A stretch of 64,000 nucleotides of DNA, taken from contig DAOORK010000001.1 of assembly GCA_035389185.1 (NCBI GenBank), positions 759,419 to 823,418 of the forward strand, read 5' to 3'. This document shows positions 50,391-59,866 of the stretch, piece by piece. The stretch is from Candidatus Woesebacteria bacterium. Lineage in GTDB: Bacteria; Patescibacteriota; Microgenomatia; UBA1400; MFAQ01. Below the pieces are notes generated by a model. The model was not told the origin of the DNA, did not search any database, and was given only the letters and a program-made list of their open reading frames with translations. Position 1 is the first letter of the stretch. Each line of letters opens with the position of its first letter. Both the position numbers and the translations under genes were made by a program.

Positions 50391-50915
50391 TTAGTTAGTA
50401 ATGCCAGCTTTTTTTTTAAAGGTTTTTAATTCATCTGATTTTCCAAGCCATGGGATTATGTCACAAGCTTCGGCAATGGTGAATGCCTTGACAAAATTGA
50501 TGCGCTCGCTCATCTTTTCAGTTTCTTTTTCTTGAGACTTGAGAGTAAGATCTTGACTATTTTTTTCGAGTTTAATGAAAAACCTGGTTTGTAAGATGTC
50601 CACTAAGGAGGTTCCTTCAGAATTTGGTTCACTAACAAAATAGTAGCCGAAGAATCGTAATTTGTCAGAAATGTCAGTGATATCTTGACCAGCTTCTTCG
50701 CTAACTTCTCTGACGGCCGTCTCAACAAAAGTTTCTCCTAATTCTGGATGACCTCCAGGAAACTGCCATTTTTGACCATCTTTTGAGACAAGAATGATTT
50801 TGTTATCCGCAGTGAGAATCCAGACATACACTTGATTGACTTTGGTTGACTGATGTTCGTTCTTAATAACATCGCCTCCGACCCAACAAAAAGAGGTATT
50901 TAGTTTTGTATCCAT
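50391..50915 (-). CDS. NUDIX hydrolase
   Basis: Nudix box GGHPELGETFVETAVREVSEEAGQ. Confidence 0.75.
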   Translation of the reverse strand: MDTKLNTSFCWVGGDVIKNEHQSTKVNQVYVWILTADNKIILVSKDGQKWQFPGGHPELGETFVETAVREVSEEAGQDITDISDKLRFFGYYFVSEPNSEGTSLVDILQTRFFIKLEKNSQDLTLKSQEKETEKMSERINFVKAFTIAEACDIIPWLGKSDELKTFKKKAGITN

Positions 50916-50985
50916 AATTAGTTGATTATGATAATGTGTTTACAATTATAGATTAGTTGCCGAGATTAGGTTAAACTACAAAGTA

Positions 50986-51669
50986 ATGTTTGAGGGAAAT
51001 GAAAATATAAGAAGTGCAGAAAAAAAGGAAGCTCTTGGAGAAAGAGAGACATATGCATTAGTGATGGTAAAACCGCATGCGATGAGAGAGTCCGTCGATA
51101 CGGTGATAATGGATTTGTTTAGTGGAGGATTTGAGAAGCATTTGCCATATTTAAAGTTGTCGGAAGAGACCAAAAGGGTATTAGTTGATTTGAAGGTGTT
51201 GAGTTCTGAATATCGAGATTTAAGAGATGAAAGGTATTCTAGAATACTTGATATTTTGTATCAGAAAGAGGAGGGAAAACCGCAACACTCAATAATTAAG
51301 GAAGAATATACAGGTCCATGTTTGTTTATTATTCTTTCTTCATCTCTGACTGCCGATGTGTGTTATGGAGGACTTCAGGCATTAAAGGGTAAAGAACAAC
51401 TATTGAATGATTTTGGAGAAATAATTGATGAGGGTAATGGAATTCGGGGAGTGATGATTCAACCAAGAAAGATGATGGATCTTGACCACTTGAATGAAGC
51501 AGATATCAAAATAATCACTCAAAACGTGGTGCATGTAGCCGATAGGGAAAATGAAGCGGCAAGTGTAATCAGAATACTATTATCTCCGACAGAAGTTGAA
51601 CGACTGGGGACACTAGCTCCAGGTTTTAAAAAATTTATGAATAAAAATGCACCAGTTAGTATTATTTGA
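50986..51669 (+). CDS. nucleoside-diphosphate-kinase-like protein (divergent, extended)
   Basis: N-terminal ETYALVMVKPHAMRESVDTVIMDLFSGGF resembles NDK fold start; NVVHVADRENEAASVIRILL aligns to NDK N.IHGSDS.E.A.REI..FF with catalytic His retained but GSD changed to VAD; 227 aa versus ~145 typical. Confidence 0.4.
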   Translation: MFEGNENIRSAEKKEALGERETYALVMVKPHAMRESVDTVIMDLFSGGFEKHLPYLKLSEETKRVLVDLKVLSSEYRDLRDERYSRILDILYQKEEGKPQHSIIKEEYTGPCLFIILSSSLTADVCYGGLQALKGKEQLLNDFGEIIDEGNGIRGVMIQPRKMMDLDHLNEADIKIITQNVVHVADRENEAASVIRILLSPTEVERLGTLAPGFKKFMNKNAPVSII

Positions 51670-52300
51670 CATTGGGAACACCTTAATATATAGGGATAAG
51701 GATTTGATTGAATTTGATGTTGAATTGATAGAAATGTTTTTTAGAATAAACAAAAAGAAGGTTATTGATGTGATTAAAAATAAGCTTTTAGTTAGTCCAG
51801 GATTTTACGATTATTCATTAATTCGGATGAAAGATTTGGAAGAAGAGAGAACTTTCACTCATGGTTTTTTTATGTCAGTTTTTAAAGATTTGAAGATTTC
51901 TCTTGAGAAGTTGGATGGCTTTATTGCGAATCGTGAATCCGAACAAAGATACAAGGTGTTTCCCAGGGTTCGAGAGATGTTGTCTGAGCTAAGAAAACGA
52001 GGGTATATCTTGGGAGTGGCTTCAAACGGAAGACCTTCAAGAAGAAGTGTATTACAGCAAATGGAGTTAATGGATTATTTTGATCAAGACCAGATATATA
52101 TATCCGATGAGATGGGAGTTAATAAACCGAGTGAGGGATTTTTTGAGTATATTGAGAAGAAGTCAGGGTTTACTGAGTTTGTTTTATGTGATGACGAAAT
52201 TGCAAATATTGTTACAGTCTCTAAACATGGATGGAGAACGATAGAGATGGATCATAACAAAGATGTTTACAATGAAGTATTGTCAAAGATAATACGATGA
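51647..52300 (+). CDS. HAD-superfamily hydrolase
   Basis: motif I LVLFDIGNTL, motif II GVASNG, motif III/IV ...ISDEMGVNKP.. Confidence 0.65.
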   Translation: MHQLVLFDIGNTLIYRDKDLIEFDVELIEMFFRINKKKVIDVIKNKLLVSPGFYDYSLIRMKDLEEERTFTHGFFMSVFKDLKISLEKLDGFIANRESEQRYKVFPRVREMLSELRKRGYILGVASNGRPSRRSVLQQMELMDYFDQDQIYISDEMGVNKPSEGFFEYIEKKSGFTEFVLCDDEIANIVTVSKHGWRTIEMDHNKDVYNEVLSKIIR

Positions 52301-53427
52301 TGAAAATTTGTGAATATATTCCGACAGCGAGTTTTTTTGTAGGAGGGGGTGAAGTGTACCCAATGATTCAGGCTAAAGCCTTAGCTAGTATAGGTGAAGA
52401 TGTAACTTTGGTGGTTCTTAAGACAGATTTGGAGACGGATTATTTTAAAAAATTCAAAGAAGAAAACACAAACATAAAATTCGTATATCTTGAGTCGCCC
52501 TTTGAGCAGTTTTTGCCTTATGCAAAGAGAGAAGTAAACCATGATGCGATCCATGAGCTTTATTTTTCTTTGAGTAGGAGTATGTCGCAACTATGCTGTG
52601 AAAAGAAGTTTGATGCAGTTATTGTTCATTACGGTCCGGGAGTTATATCCGTACCTAAGGAAACAAAAGAGATTTTGTTTCTGCACGGAGTGCCATCGAC
52701 TTTACAGATAATAAATAAAACTGCTGTGTTGGTTGCTGATAAATTGTTTGCAGTGAGTAAATCTGTTGCTGAAGGATGGAAAGAATTGTTCGGTATCAAT
52801 GGACCAGTTGATGTTTTATATAATGCGGTAGATGCTGAAAAATTTTATCCAGATGAAAATATAGTTAAAGACATTGACCTTTTATATTTGGGAAGACTGA
52901 TTGAAATTAAAGGGGTACAGTATTTACTTAGAGCTGTTGCCATTTTGAATGAAAAGAATAATATTAATGTTAGATTGGTTATCGTTGGGGATGGCCCTTA
53001 TCGAAGAGATTTAGAAAAATTAACAGTGAAGTTGGGGATCGAAGACAATGTTGAATTTCTGGGGTTTTTGGATGAAGAGAAAAAGAGAGATATTTATAAT
53101 AGGGCGAGGATTTGTGTTTTTCCTTCGTATGCAAAAGAGGGAGTATTAACAACGATGTTGGAGGCAGCTGCATGTGGCAGTGCAATCGTAACAACAAATT
53201 CATGCGGAATGATTGATTTTTTGGAAGATGGAAAAGATGGCTTACTTTGTAAACCTAAAGACGGCAAAGATTTAGCAAGGAAAATTGAGATGATTTTAAG
53301 CGATAAAGAATTAATGACGATACTAGGTCATCAAGCACGCGAAAAAATTTTTAGAGACTGGAGTTGGAAAAAACATGTTGATAAGTTAAGTCAGGTGTTA
53401 TATCAATTAAAAGTAAAAGAGGAATGA
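52297..53427 (+). CDS. family 4 glycosyltransferase (GT-B, Glycos_transf_1)
   Basis: FLGFLDEE...VFPSYAKEGVLTTMLEAAACGSAIVTT..EDG.DG motif; ATGA overlap with HAD gene. Confidence 0.8.
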   Translation: MMKICEYIPTASFFVGGGEVYPMIQAKALASIGEDVTLVVLKTDLETDYFKKFKEENTNIKFVYLESPFEQFLPYAKREVNHDAIHELYFSLSRSMSQLCCEKKFDAVIVHYGPGVISVPKETKEILFLHGVPSTLQIINKTAVLVADKLFAVSKSVAEGWKELFGINGPVDVLYNAVDAEKFYPDENIVKDIDLLYLGRLIEIKGVQYLLRAVAILNEKNNINVRLVIVGDGPYRRDLEKLTVKLGIEDNVEFLGFLDEEKKRDIYNRARICVFPSYAKEGVLTTMLEAAACGSAIVTTNSCGMIDFLEDGKDGLLCKPKDGKDLARKIEMILSDKELMTILGHQAREKIFRDWSWKKHVDKLSQVLYQLKVKEE

Positions 53428-54299
53428 ACATTATATTCAAATCTGGAGGGGCTTCTTTGAAGATTATTTCTTCTAATGAATTGGGTGAAAAAATTTTAGC
53501 AACGAAGTTTTTTTATGACTACATTCCGGGATTGGTAATGTCTAAAGCAGCAATGGTGAGTGATGGAGAAGTTGAACTATATGAAAACTCTAAGTTTAAT
53601 TTCGAGTTTAAAGACGGTGTAGGGGAAATACATTTTAGTTTGGGTAAAAATTTAAGCATGATGGATTTGGTCACACTAATTGATTATTTACTTGAGTATT
53701 TTCGACAGAAAATGGGGGTTTATTGTCTACATGGAAGTGCAATTTCAATTAAGGGGAATGGAGTTTGGTTTATGGGGCCAATAAGTGGATTGGGTAAAAC
53801 AACCTTAGCTTTGAACATGTGCTTGCGTAATGATTGCAAATTTATTGGAGATGAAAAAATTCTTCTTGATAAGAAAGGTAATTTAATTGAGGGGATAAAA
53901 AATATTAATTACAACAAAGAATTATTGACCAAGTCGGTTGCCGTTAATTTTGATGGTATGGTGGAGAAAGATATACAAAATGTACTTGAATTAGAAAAGA
54001 ATCTAGTTCGTTTGAAATTGATTATATTACCAATATTGATGAGAGGAGCTGGATTTATTGAGATTGATAAATGGAAAATTGAGAAATCTTCTTTCCATAT
54101 ATATGAGCAATTATCCTTGAAGATAAGAGCGGTATCTAGACGATTAAATAATTTTGTTGTGCCAATACAATCAATTGATAACGATGAACTGAGCCAGAAG
54201 CGATCTGATTTTGCGAATGAAATTGTGAAAAATGTTGAGGTTTATATGTTAAAAGGGGACGAGAAGTCTGTGGCACAAAAAATTTTAGAACTGGTTTAG
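53424..54299 (+). CDS. HPr-kinase/phosphorylase-like P-loop protein (HprK C-domain-like)
   Basis: LHGSAISIKGNGVWFMGPISGLGKTTLALNM resembles HprK C-terminal Walker-A segment; 4-nt overlap with GT4 gene. Confidence 0.45.
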   Translation: MNIIFKSGGASLKIISSNELGEKILATKFFYDYIPGLVMSKAAMVSDGEVELYENSKFNFEFKDGVGEIHFSLGKNLSMMDLVTLIDYLLEYFRQKMGVYCLHGSAISIKGNGVWFMGPISGLGKTTLALNMCLRNDCKFIGDEKILLDKKGNLIEGIKNINYNKELLTKSVAVNFDGMVEKDIQNVLELEKNLVRLKLIILPILMRGAGFIEIDKWKIEKSSFHIYEQLSLKIRAVSRRLNNFVVPIQSIDNDELSQKRSDFANEIVKNVEVYMLKGDEKSVAQKILELV

Positions 54300-54394
54300 G
54301 ATATTGGGATTTTGGAAAGGTGGAGTGTGAAGTGGCTGAAGTTTGAGGGATGGCCTGTGTAGAAAAGAGAATTGGTTTCATGTAGACTGGGAGT

Positions 54395-54985
54395 GTGAGG
54401 AATAATAGTTTTATTATTTTTTTGATTGGGCTGGCGGTGATACTTGCTGGGGTGTTGGGGTGGTTACTAATTAAAACGGGGACAATAAATATTGTCTTGA
54501 CCTCAAAACCTTCGAGAGTAGTGGAAAAAACGATTAGTAAAAGCAATGAGTTTTTCCCGACAGGCGCTGAAGCGAGTTTGGGAGGGCAAATTAACTGGAA
54601 AAGGAGTATTTTGCAGCCTGTTTTTAGCAAAACATCTGAGGACAAAGACGGAAAGTATTTGGATGTCTTTTTTCAGGCAACGGCTAGCGGTGAAATAACT
54701 GCCGGAAAGGTGTTTGTGATGATGCAAAATCGATATATTGATGAGAATGGAGTTGCGGTAACTATAAGTGATACGGAGCTGATGGGTAAGTTTAAAGAAG
54801 GAGATCAATTTGGAATATATTATGTGTCGCAGATTCCCGATGATTTTTCGGTGTCATCGGAGTATTGTCAGAATCCAAACGGAATGCCGGTGGAGTGTTT
54901 GGTGACGGCGCTTCAGCAAGTAAGTAATCAAAATGGAACGAATATTTTCTATCCGATGATGGTTTTTAGGAAATTGGTGGATTGA
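54395..54985 (+). CDS. membrane-anchored hypothetical protein
   Basis: N-terminal TM, 196 aa. Confidence 0.35.
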   Translation: MRNNSFIIFLIGLAVILAGVLGWLLIKTGTINIVLTSKPSRVVEKTISKSNEFFPTGAEASLGGQINWKRSILQPVFSKTSEDKDGKYLDVFFQATASGEITAGKVFVMMQNRYIDENGVAVTISDTELMGKFKEGDQFGIYYVSQIPDDFSVSSEYCQNPNGMPVECLVTALQQVSNQNGTNIFYPMMVFRKLVD

Positions 54986-55019
54986 TTGACGCAGATGGAA
55001 TAGTGGTTTAATATGAGCT

Positions 55020-56357
55020 ATGGAAAACGGAGAAAGAAAACCAGAGTTATCTGAGAGTATCGTGTACGTGAATGGGTATGAAAATTTGGTCGGTCAACTG
55101 GCCAAGGGGATGGTGGTAAAGGAAAAAGTGTTGTTTCCTAAAGAGGGCGATAATTTTGATCAAGAGGATATCTATAGCTGGATAAATGCGGTGAAACTGC
55201 GCGAGAGTGCGCCAAAAATTGAAGCAACACTAAAAGAAGACAAGGGGGAAAAAATAATTTATCTAAAAACTGAGAAACTGGAGCCCGTGCAGAACTTTGA
55301 TGAAGAAGCAGACAAGGATAGACTACTGTACTCAATGGCACTGACCGAGGCAAAAATGAAGGTGATTAAGGGGGTTGCGGAAGAGACCTATCCGGCTGTG
55401 GCTTTTCAGATCGCGGATTATCAGAAGGAGATGGAAAAGGTGCGCAAAGAGATTTTTGAGGTGCGTGATTGGAAGGTGAAGATGAAGGAAGTTTTTGATA
55501 AATTAAATAGAAATAAAGTACTTAAAGGGGCGACGGCAATTGTGATCTTGGGTCTTTTGATAGCGGGCTGTACGAGTGGCCCTGTGGTGAACCCTGAGAC
55601 GACGGATACTTCGGCCGTGCCTACAGAGGTAATGCCGACAGAGATGCCGACACCAACCGAAATACCGATGTCGGCAAGACCGGATTTTGAGTCGATGAGT
55701 GACGATGAGCTACTGCAAACTTTTGAGGAGTATAGAGCTTTGTTTACCGAGCAGATTGATTGCAAACCCGGAGCTGTGGGATTGCCCGAGGCTAAAGAGC
55801 AAGTAAAAATCATAGAGGATAATATTGGAAATACATATTGGAAGTCTGAGCTTTTGGGAGTTTATGAAGCTCCACTTACCGGAAAAGATGGCCTGCAGGC
55901 CGGATATGTGAATTGTCTGTATTTTGCGGCTTCTAATCCGGGGGAGGTTTTTACAATTGCCGGGGGAGGAGAGCTTTGGGGGGAAGATATTATGATGCAG
56001 GTTGATAATCAAGCGTTTGGAATATCTGCACCAACGAGTGTTGAAGGACTAGTAAGAACCGATGATCTGATGGCTAAACTTAGTGTGGGCGAGGAGTATC
56101 TTTTTGCTCCGGAATACAATACGAGAACAGAAGATCATTTAAATAGTCGGGATGTACAAATTAGGGCAGCAAGATATCGTGTGGAAAATGGGGGATATGC
56201 GTCAGCTTTGATGTATTTTATCGAAGAGATAGACATTCAAAATTGGATTCAGAATAATGTTGAATCGAGTTATCCCTATACGAATACATCGCAGTTGATT
56301 CAAAATACTGAAAAACCTGTTTATTCGTGGAGATTAGCACCGTATACAGGAGAGTAG
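55020..56357 (+). CDS. hypothetical protein with central TM/lipobox-like segment
   Basis: 445 aa; VILGLLIAGCTSGP in the middle of the protein. Confidence 0.4.
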   Translation: MENGERKPELSESIVYVNGYENLVGQLAKGMVVKEKVLFPKEGDNFDQEDIYSWINAVKLRESAPKIEATLKEDKGEKIIYLKTEKLEPVQNFDEEADKDRLLYSMALTEAKMKVIKGVAEETYPAVAFQIADYQKEMEKVRKEIFEVRDWKVKMKEVFDKLNRNKVLKGATAIVILGLLIAGCTSGPVVNPETTDTSAVPTEVMPTEMPTPTEIPMSARPDFESMSDDELLQTFEEYRALFTEQIDCKPGAVGLPEAKEQVKIIEDNIGNTYWKSELLGVYEAPLTGKDGLQAGYVNCLYFAASNPGEVFTIAGGGELWGEDIMMQVDNQAFGISAPTSVEGLVRTDDLMAKLSVGEEYLFAPEYNTRTEDHLNSRDVQIRAARYRVENGGYASALMYFIEEIDIQNWIQNNVESSYPYTNTSQLIQNTEKPVYSWRLAPYTGE

Positions 56358-56361
56358 GTTT

Positions 56362-58416
56362 TTGATAGACTTAATTGTGGGTAAAATACTGCGTTTTGGG
56401 AGCCTACTGATTTTTACAATAATTGCTTTGGGACGAGCTCCTGTGGTTTTGGCCGGCACATATTGTGCAGGCACAACAGTAAGAAGTATCATTAATTACG
56501 GGTGTACAACAGCAAAATATTGTGCAGTTGCTTTTTATACGAACGTTCCTATTTCTTGTCCAAACGACGGTTGTTCTTCTGATTCTTACGACTCAGCGCT
56601 ATCTATGTGTGAAGAAGATGGTGTTAATGTTGGGGTTAATGACTATTGTAACGGAAATGGTTCAGCAGAATCTGTGAGCACAAAAACGACTCAGTGTTAT
56701 GTGTATTGCAATGAGAATAACTGGACATCATGTTCTGAAAGTTGCGGTGGGGGAATAATGACTAATGATTGTGGAGATTCCCAAGATTGCAATACACAAC
56801 CTTGCTGTACCGAGACGGCGCCGGCCAGCCCGACAGCAGTGAGTCCGATGACCGTGGATGGCTACACAGAAAAAACTGGGACAGCAACCTTGACCTGGAC
56901 GGCGGTGACGGCGTGGGGAGAGGAGTGTACCGGAAGCCAGACGAGGGGATACGAGATATGTGTAAGCGGAAATGCGGCGGACCCATGTAATGGACAAACA
57001 CCGATTACTGTTGCAGGAGAAGGGGTAACTTCCTATCAGGCATCGGGAATGACTTCGGCGATCAACTATTGGCAGGTGAGAGCCAAGAATAAAGCTGGAG
57101 AAGTGTCTAGCTGGTCTTCACCACAGAATTTTTGTTATTACGGCTCGGATTCTGTGAATCCATTACCGGCGTTGAGATGGAGCGCTTGTGACGGGGATAC
57201 TCATATGCGTTCACGAACTTGTGAAGTGGGCTGTGATTGTTCAACGGTTTCTTTATCTGAGGTTTGTCAAGCTGAAGTGAGTGGAACATTTTTTGATGCC
57301 AGTTACTCGACTGACTGCGCAACGGGAGACACAACTGCTTCAGGGCTAAGCTTTACCATGACGGATACAGCCGGAACACCTCCAGCCCTGATTTTCTTGT
57401 CACCGACATTTAATGGGACAACAAATTATTTAGGAAATTATGCCGTGACTCTTTACCCGAGAGCATATTATGATTTTGATTTTACCTCCCTATCCACGTT
57501 TTTTGATGTAACGGCCGGGCCAAGAGTATTTTGTGGAACTTCTTCTGAGAAAGATGTTTTGGTTCAGGATAGTGATGCGGATAGAGATTGTTTGACTCAA
57601 CCGTGTACAACCTTGAACAACGTGAGCTTTGGTTTTTGGAAAATATTTGGGGGCTGGTGGCAAGCGGTTGGAGGAAATGCTTATGGCGCGGGGGGAGTCA
57701 AGAGCTATATTCCGCCTCAGATGGCTTCGACTGACCAACGTCTGATTTTGCCAGACACTAATGGCAGATATGGTGTATTGTCGTATGGAACGAAGACAGC
57801 CGAAGAACTGGGACAAAGCAGTGAGGCACGAGTGAGTACTGTACTTTGGGAGGTGCAGAGCTTGTACCAAGGTCTGCGTTTTGACTTTAATTATTACAAA
57901 ACAAGGATGGACGTTTTTACTCAGACAAGTTGGGATGGGGGCGAGATCAACTACAACGATGGAGGAGCGGGCTTCCAAATTTTTGCCCATACCGGAGATG
58001 TGACTTTGGGTGCGCTGAGCTTGAGTGCAGGGCAAAAAGCGATTTTGTTGGTTGATGGCAGTGTAACGGTAAACGGAAACTTACTGACCCCCGAAGGAGC
58101 ATTTTTGTCGATTGTGGCGAGTGAGAATATTGTTTTTAATCCTGGGGTGACGCAGGCACAAGGGTGGTTCGTGGCGGAGACAATAGATTTGCCCTGTTTG
58201 GATGCAAATAGCGATAATGCCTGTGACAAGACAGACACGCAGTTTTTGGGAGAAGGCTCATTTGTGGGGTGGACAAATATTCTTTTGGGCCGAGATCAGG
58301 GACTGTTGAATAATTCTCAACCGTCGGAGAAGTTTACTCTACGGAAGGATATGCTTATTTCGGCGCCAACACCGATGAAGGTGTACACAAAGAGATTTAC
58401 ACCATTTATCCCTTAG
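56362..58416 (+). CDS. secreted Cys-rich protein with FN3-like segment
   Basis: N-terminal hydrophobic signal; >30 Cys in first 300 aa; TLTWTAV...YQASG...YWQVRAKNKAGE fibronectin-III-like pattern. Confidence 0.45.
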   Translation: MIDLIVGKILRFGSLLIFTIIALGRAPVVLAGTYCAGTTVRSIINYGCTTAKYCAVAFYTNVPISCPNDGCSSDSYDSALSMCEEDGVNVGVNDYCNGNGSAESVSTKTTQCYVYCNENNWTSCSESCGGGIMTNDCGDSQDCNTQPCCTETAPASPTAVSPMTVDGYTEKTGTATLTWTAVTAWGEECTGSQTRGYEICVSGNAADPCNGQTPITVAGEGVTSYQASGMTSAINYWQVRAKNKAGEVSSWSSPQNFCYYGSDSVNPLPALRWSACDGDTHMRSRTCEVGCDCSTVSLSEVCQAEVSGTFFDASYSTDCATGDTTASGLSFTMTDTAGTPPALIFLSPTFNGTTNYLGNYAVTLYPRAYYDFDFTSLSTFFDVTAGPRVFCGTSSEKDVLVQDSDADRDCLTQPCTTLNNVSFGFWKIFGGWWQAVGGNAYGAGGVKSYIPPQMASTDQRLILPDTNGRYGVLSYGTKTAEELGQSSEARVSTVLWEVQSLYQGLRFDFNYYKTRMDVFTQTSWDGGEINYNDGGAGFQIFAHTGDVTLGALSLSAGQKAILLVDGSVTVNGNLLTPEGAFLSIVASENIVFNPGVTQAQGWFVAETIDLPCLDANSDNACDKTDTQFLGEGSFVGWTNILLGRDQGLLNNSQPSEKFTLRKDMLISAPTPMKVYTKRFTPFIP

Positions 58417-59294
58417 GAAAGACTTAAACGAAGGCGGAGATGATCCATGGTTTCTTTGATTTTGGTGCGGCGGACGAGGGTATAAAGAGGGAAGATCATG
58501 GAGGTAGGAATTAGTTTGATGACCACTTTTTGGACTTGGGAGACGATTTTGGATTTGAGGCTGGGACGATAGCCGTAACGACGAACGGCGAGGTGGCGGA
58601 CCTTTTGGGTAATTTGGAAGGTGTATTTGGGGTTTTTGAAGGTTTCGGAGTCGATGTGCTGACGATACATGAGGATGAAACTATGAAGATTGGCATAAAG
58701 ACCGTATTTGCCCAGACGGAAAAAGAGATCGAGATCTTCGGCTGGAGTGAGGAGAGGGTTGTACCAGGAGAAGTTTTTGGGGAGCAGACTACGGCGGATC
58801 ATGATACTGGGGTGCTGAAGAGGATTGGCAGTGTACATGAGATCGTGAATACCGATATGAGTAGTAGGGAAGATTTTTTCGCCGGTGACACGGTCATCTT
58901 TGTCGATGGTAAGGCACTGACCACCCACAACAACAACTCCGGGATGGGCGAGAAGGAACTTCACTTGTTTGAGAAAGCGGTTGGGGAGTGAAAAGTCGTC
59001 GGCATCCATGCGGGCTATGAAGCTCCCCTTAGCCTTGGTAAGGCCAAAATTGAGGGTGCGGGCGATTTTGAGGTTGGTTTTGTTGCGAAAAACCCTAAGA
59101 CGAGGCTCTGTTTGGGCGTATTTTTTGAGGATAGCGTAAGAATCATCGGTTGAGGCATCGTCAATAGCGATAATCTCGAAGTTATCGTAGGTTTGGTATC
59201 TAAGGCTTTCTAGAGCTTTAGAAAGGTATTTGGAGGCATTGTGAACCGGCAGGATGACGGATACCAGGGGTGATTGATTAATTTGTTGTCTCAT
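58413..59294 (-). CDS. family 2 glycosyltransferase
   Basis: LVSVILPVHNASKYL...IIAIDDASTDDS...RMDADD (DxD). Confidence 0.8.
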   Translation of the reverse strand: MRQQINQSPLVSVILPVHNASKYLSKALESLRYQTYDNFEIIAIDDASTDDSYAILKKYAQTEPRLRVFRNKTNLKIARTLNFGLTKAKGSFIARMDADDFSLPNRFLKQVKFLLAHPGVVVVGGQCLTIDKDDRVTGEKIFPTTHIGIHDLMYTANPLQHPSIMIRRSLLPKNFSWYNPLLTPAEDLDLFFRLGKYGLYANLHSFILMYRQHIDSETFKNPKYTFQITQKVRHLAVRRYGYRPSLKSKIVSQVQKVVIKLIPTSMIFPLYTLVRRTKIKETMDHLRLRLSLS

Positions 59295-59565
59295 AGTGAT
59301 ATATACAGGTTATTATACTTTTATCCGTTTGTCAAGTACTACAGGGGAATAGGTTCAATTTTCTCTATTCCTCTCGTACTTATCCTTCTGAGGACCGGCT
59401 ACGTCAATTTGCCTGCGCAAATTGCGGCCTATTACACAGCGAAATTTTCTTTGACTACAAAGAAACCAGGCAATTTCGCTTTGCGTAACTTCCTCATAAG
59501 GACAAAGTACTGCGGAATTTAAAGAAAATTTGAGACAAACTGATTATTATTTTGAGCAAAAAAAT

Positions 59566-59585
59566 GCCCCGGGGTGAGCCGGGGC
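59566..59585 (-). terminator. terminator gccccggggtgagccggggc
   Basis: A-run on plus means U-run on minus, just after stop of small ORF 59602..59763. Confidence 0.55.
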
Positions 59586-59601
59586 AAACTGAATATGGAG
59601 C

Positions 59602-59763
59602 CTAAAGTCGGGTGCTGAAGATGAGCAGGCCGACACCGATGAGAAGAATGATGAGTCCGGGCAAGAAGAAGCCGGTGTTAACAGAAACAATGATGAAGAT
59701 TAAAGTTCCGATGGTGATCAGACCCGCGGCAAAGACCTGGAGAATACTTTTATCTTTGGGCAT
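59602..59763 (-). CDS. small membrane protein (53 aa, 2 TM), not in ORF track
   Basis: MPKDKSILQVFAAGLITIGTLIFIIVSVNTGFFLPGLIILLIGVGLLIFSTRL; strong SD aggagg 7 nt upstream; own terminator. Confidence 0.45.
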   Translation of the reverse strand: MPKDKSILQVFAAGLITIGTLIFIIVSVNTGFFLPGLIILLIGVGLLIFSTRL

Positions 59764-59829
59764 AGAACCTCCTATTTAAATGGACTAAAGCTTCCTTTTG
59801 AGCACGAGATTCATGCTCAAGAGAAAACT

Positions 59830-59851
59830 CCCCCGAGCTGGGCTCGGGGGA
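59830..59851 (-). terminator. terminator cccccgagctgggctcggggg
   Basis: 9-bp stem; U-run on minus after stop of 59867 gene. Confidence 0.55.
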
Positions 59852-59866
59852 AAGGTTTGGAAGTAG

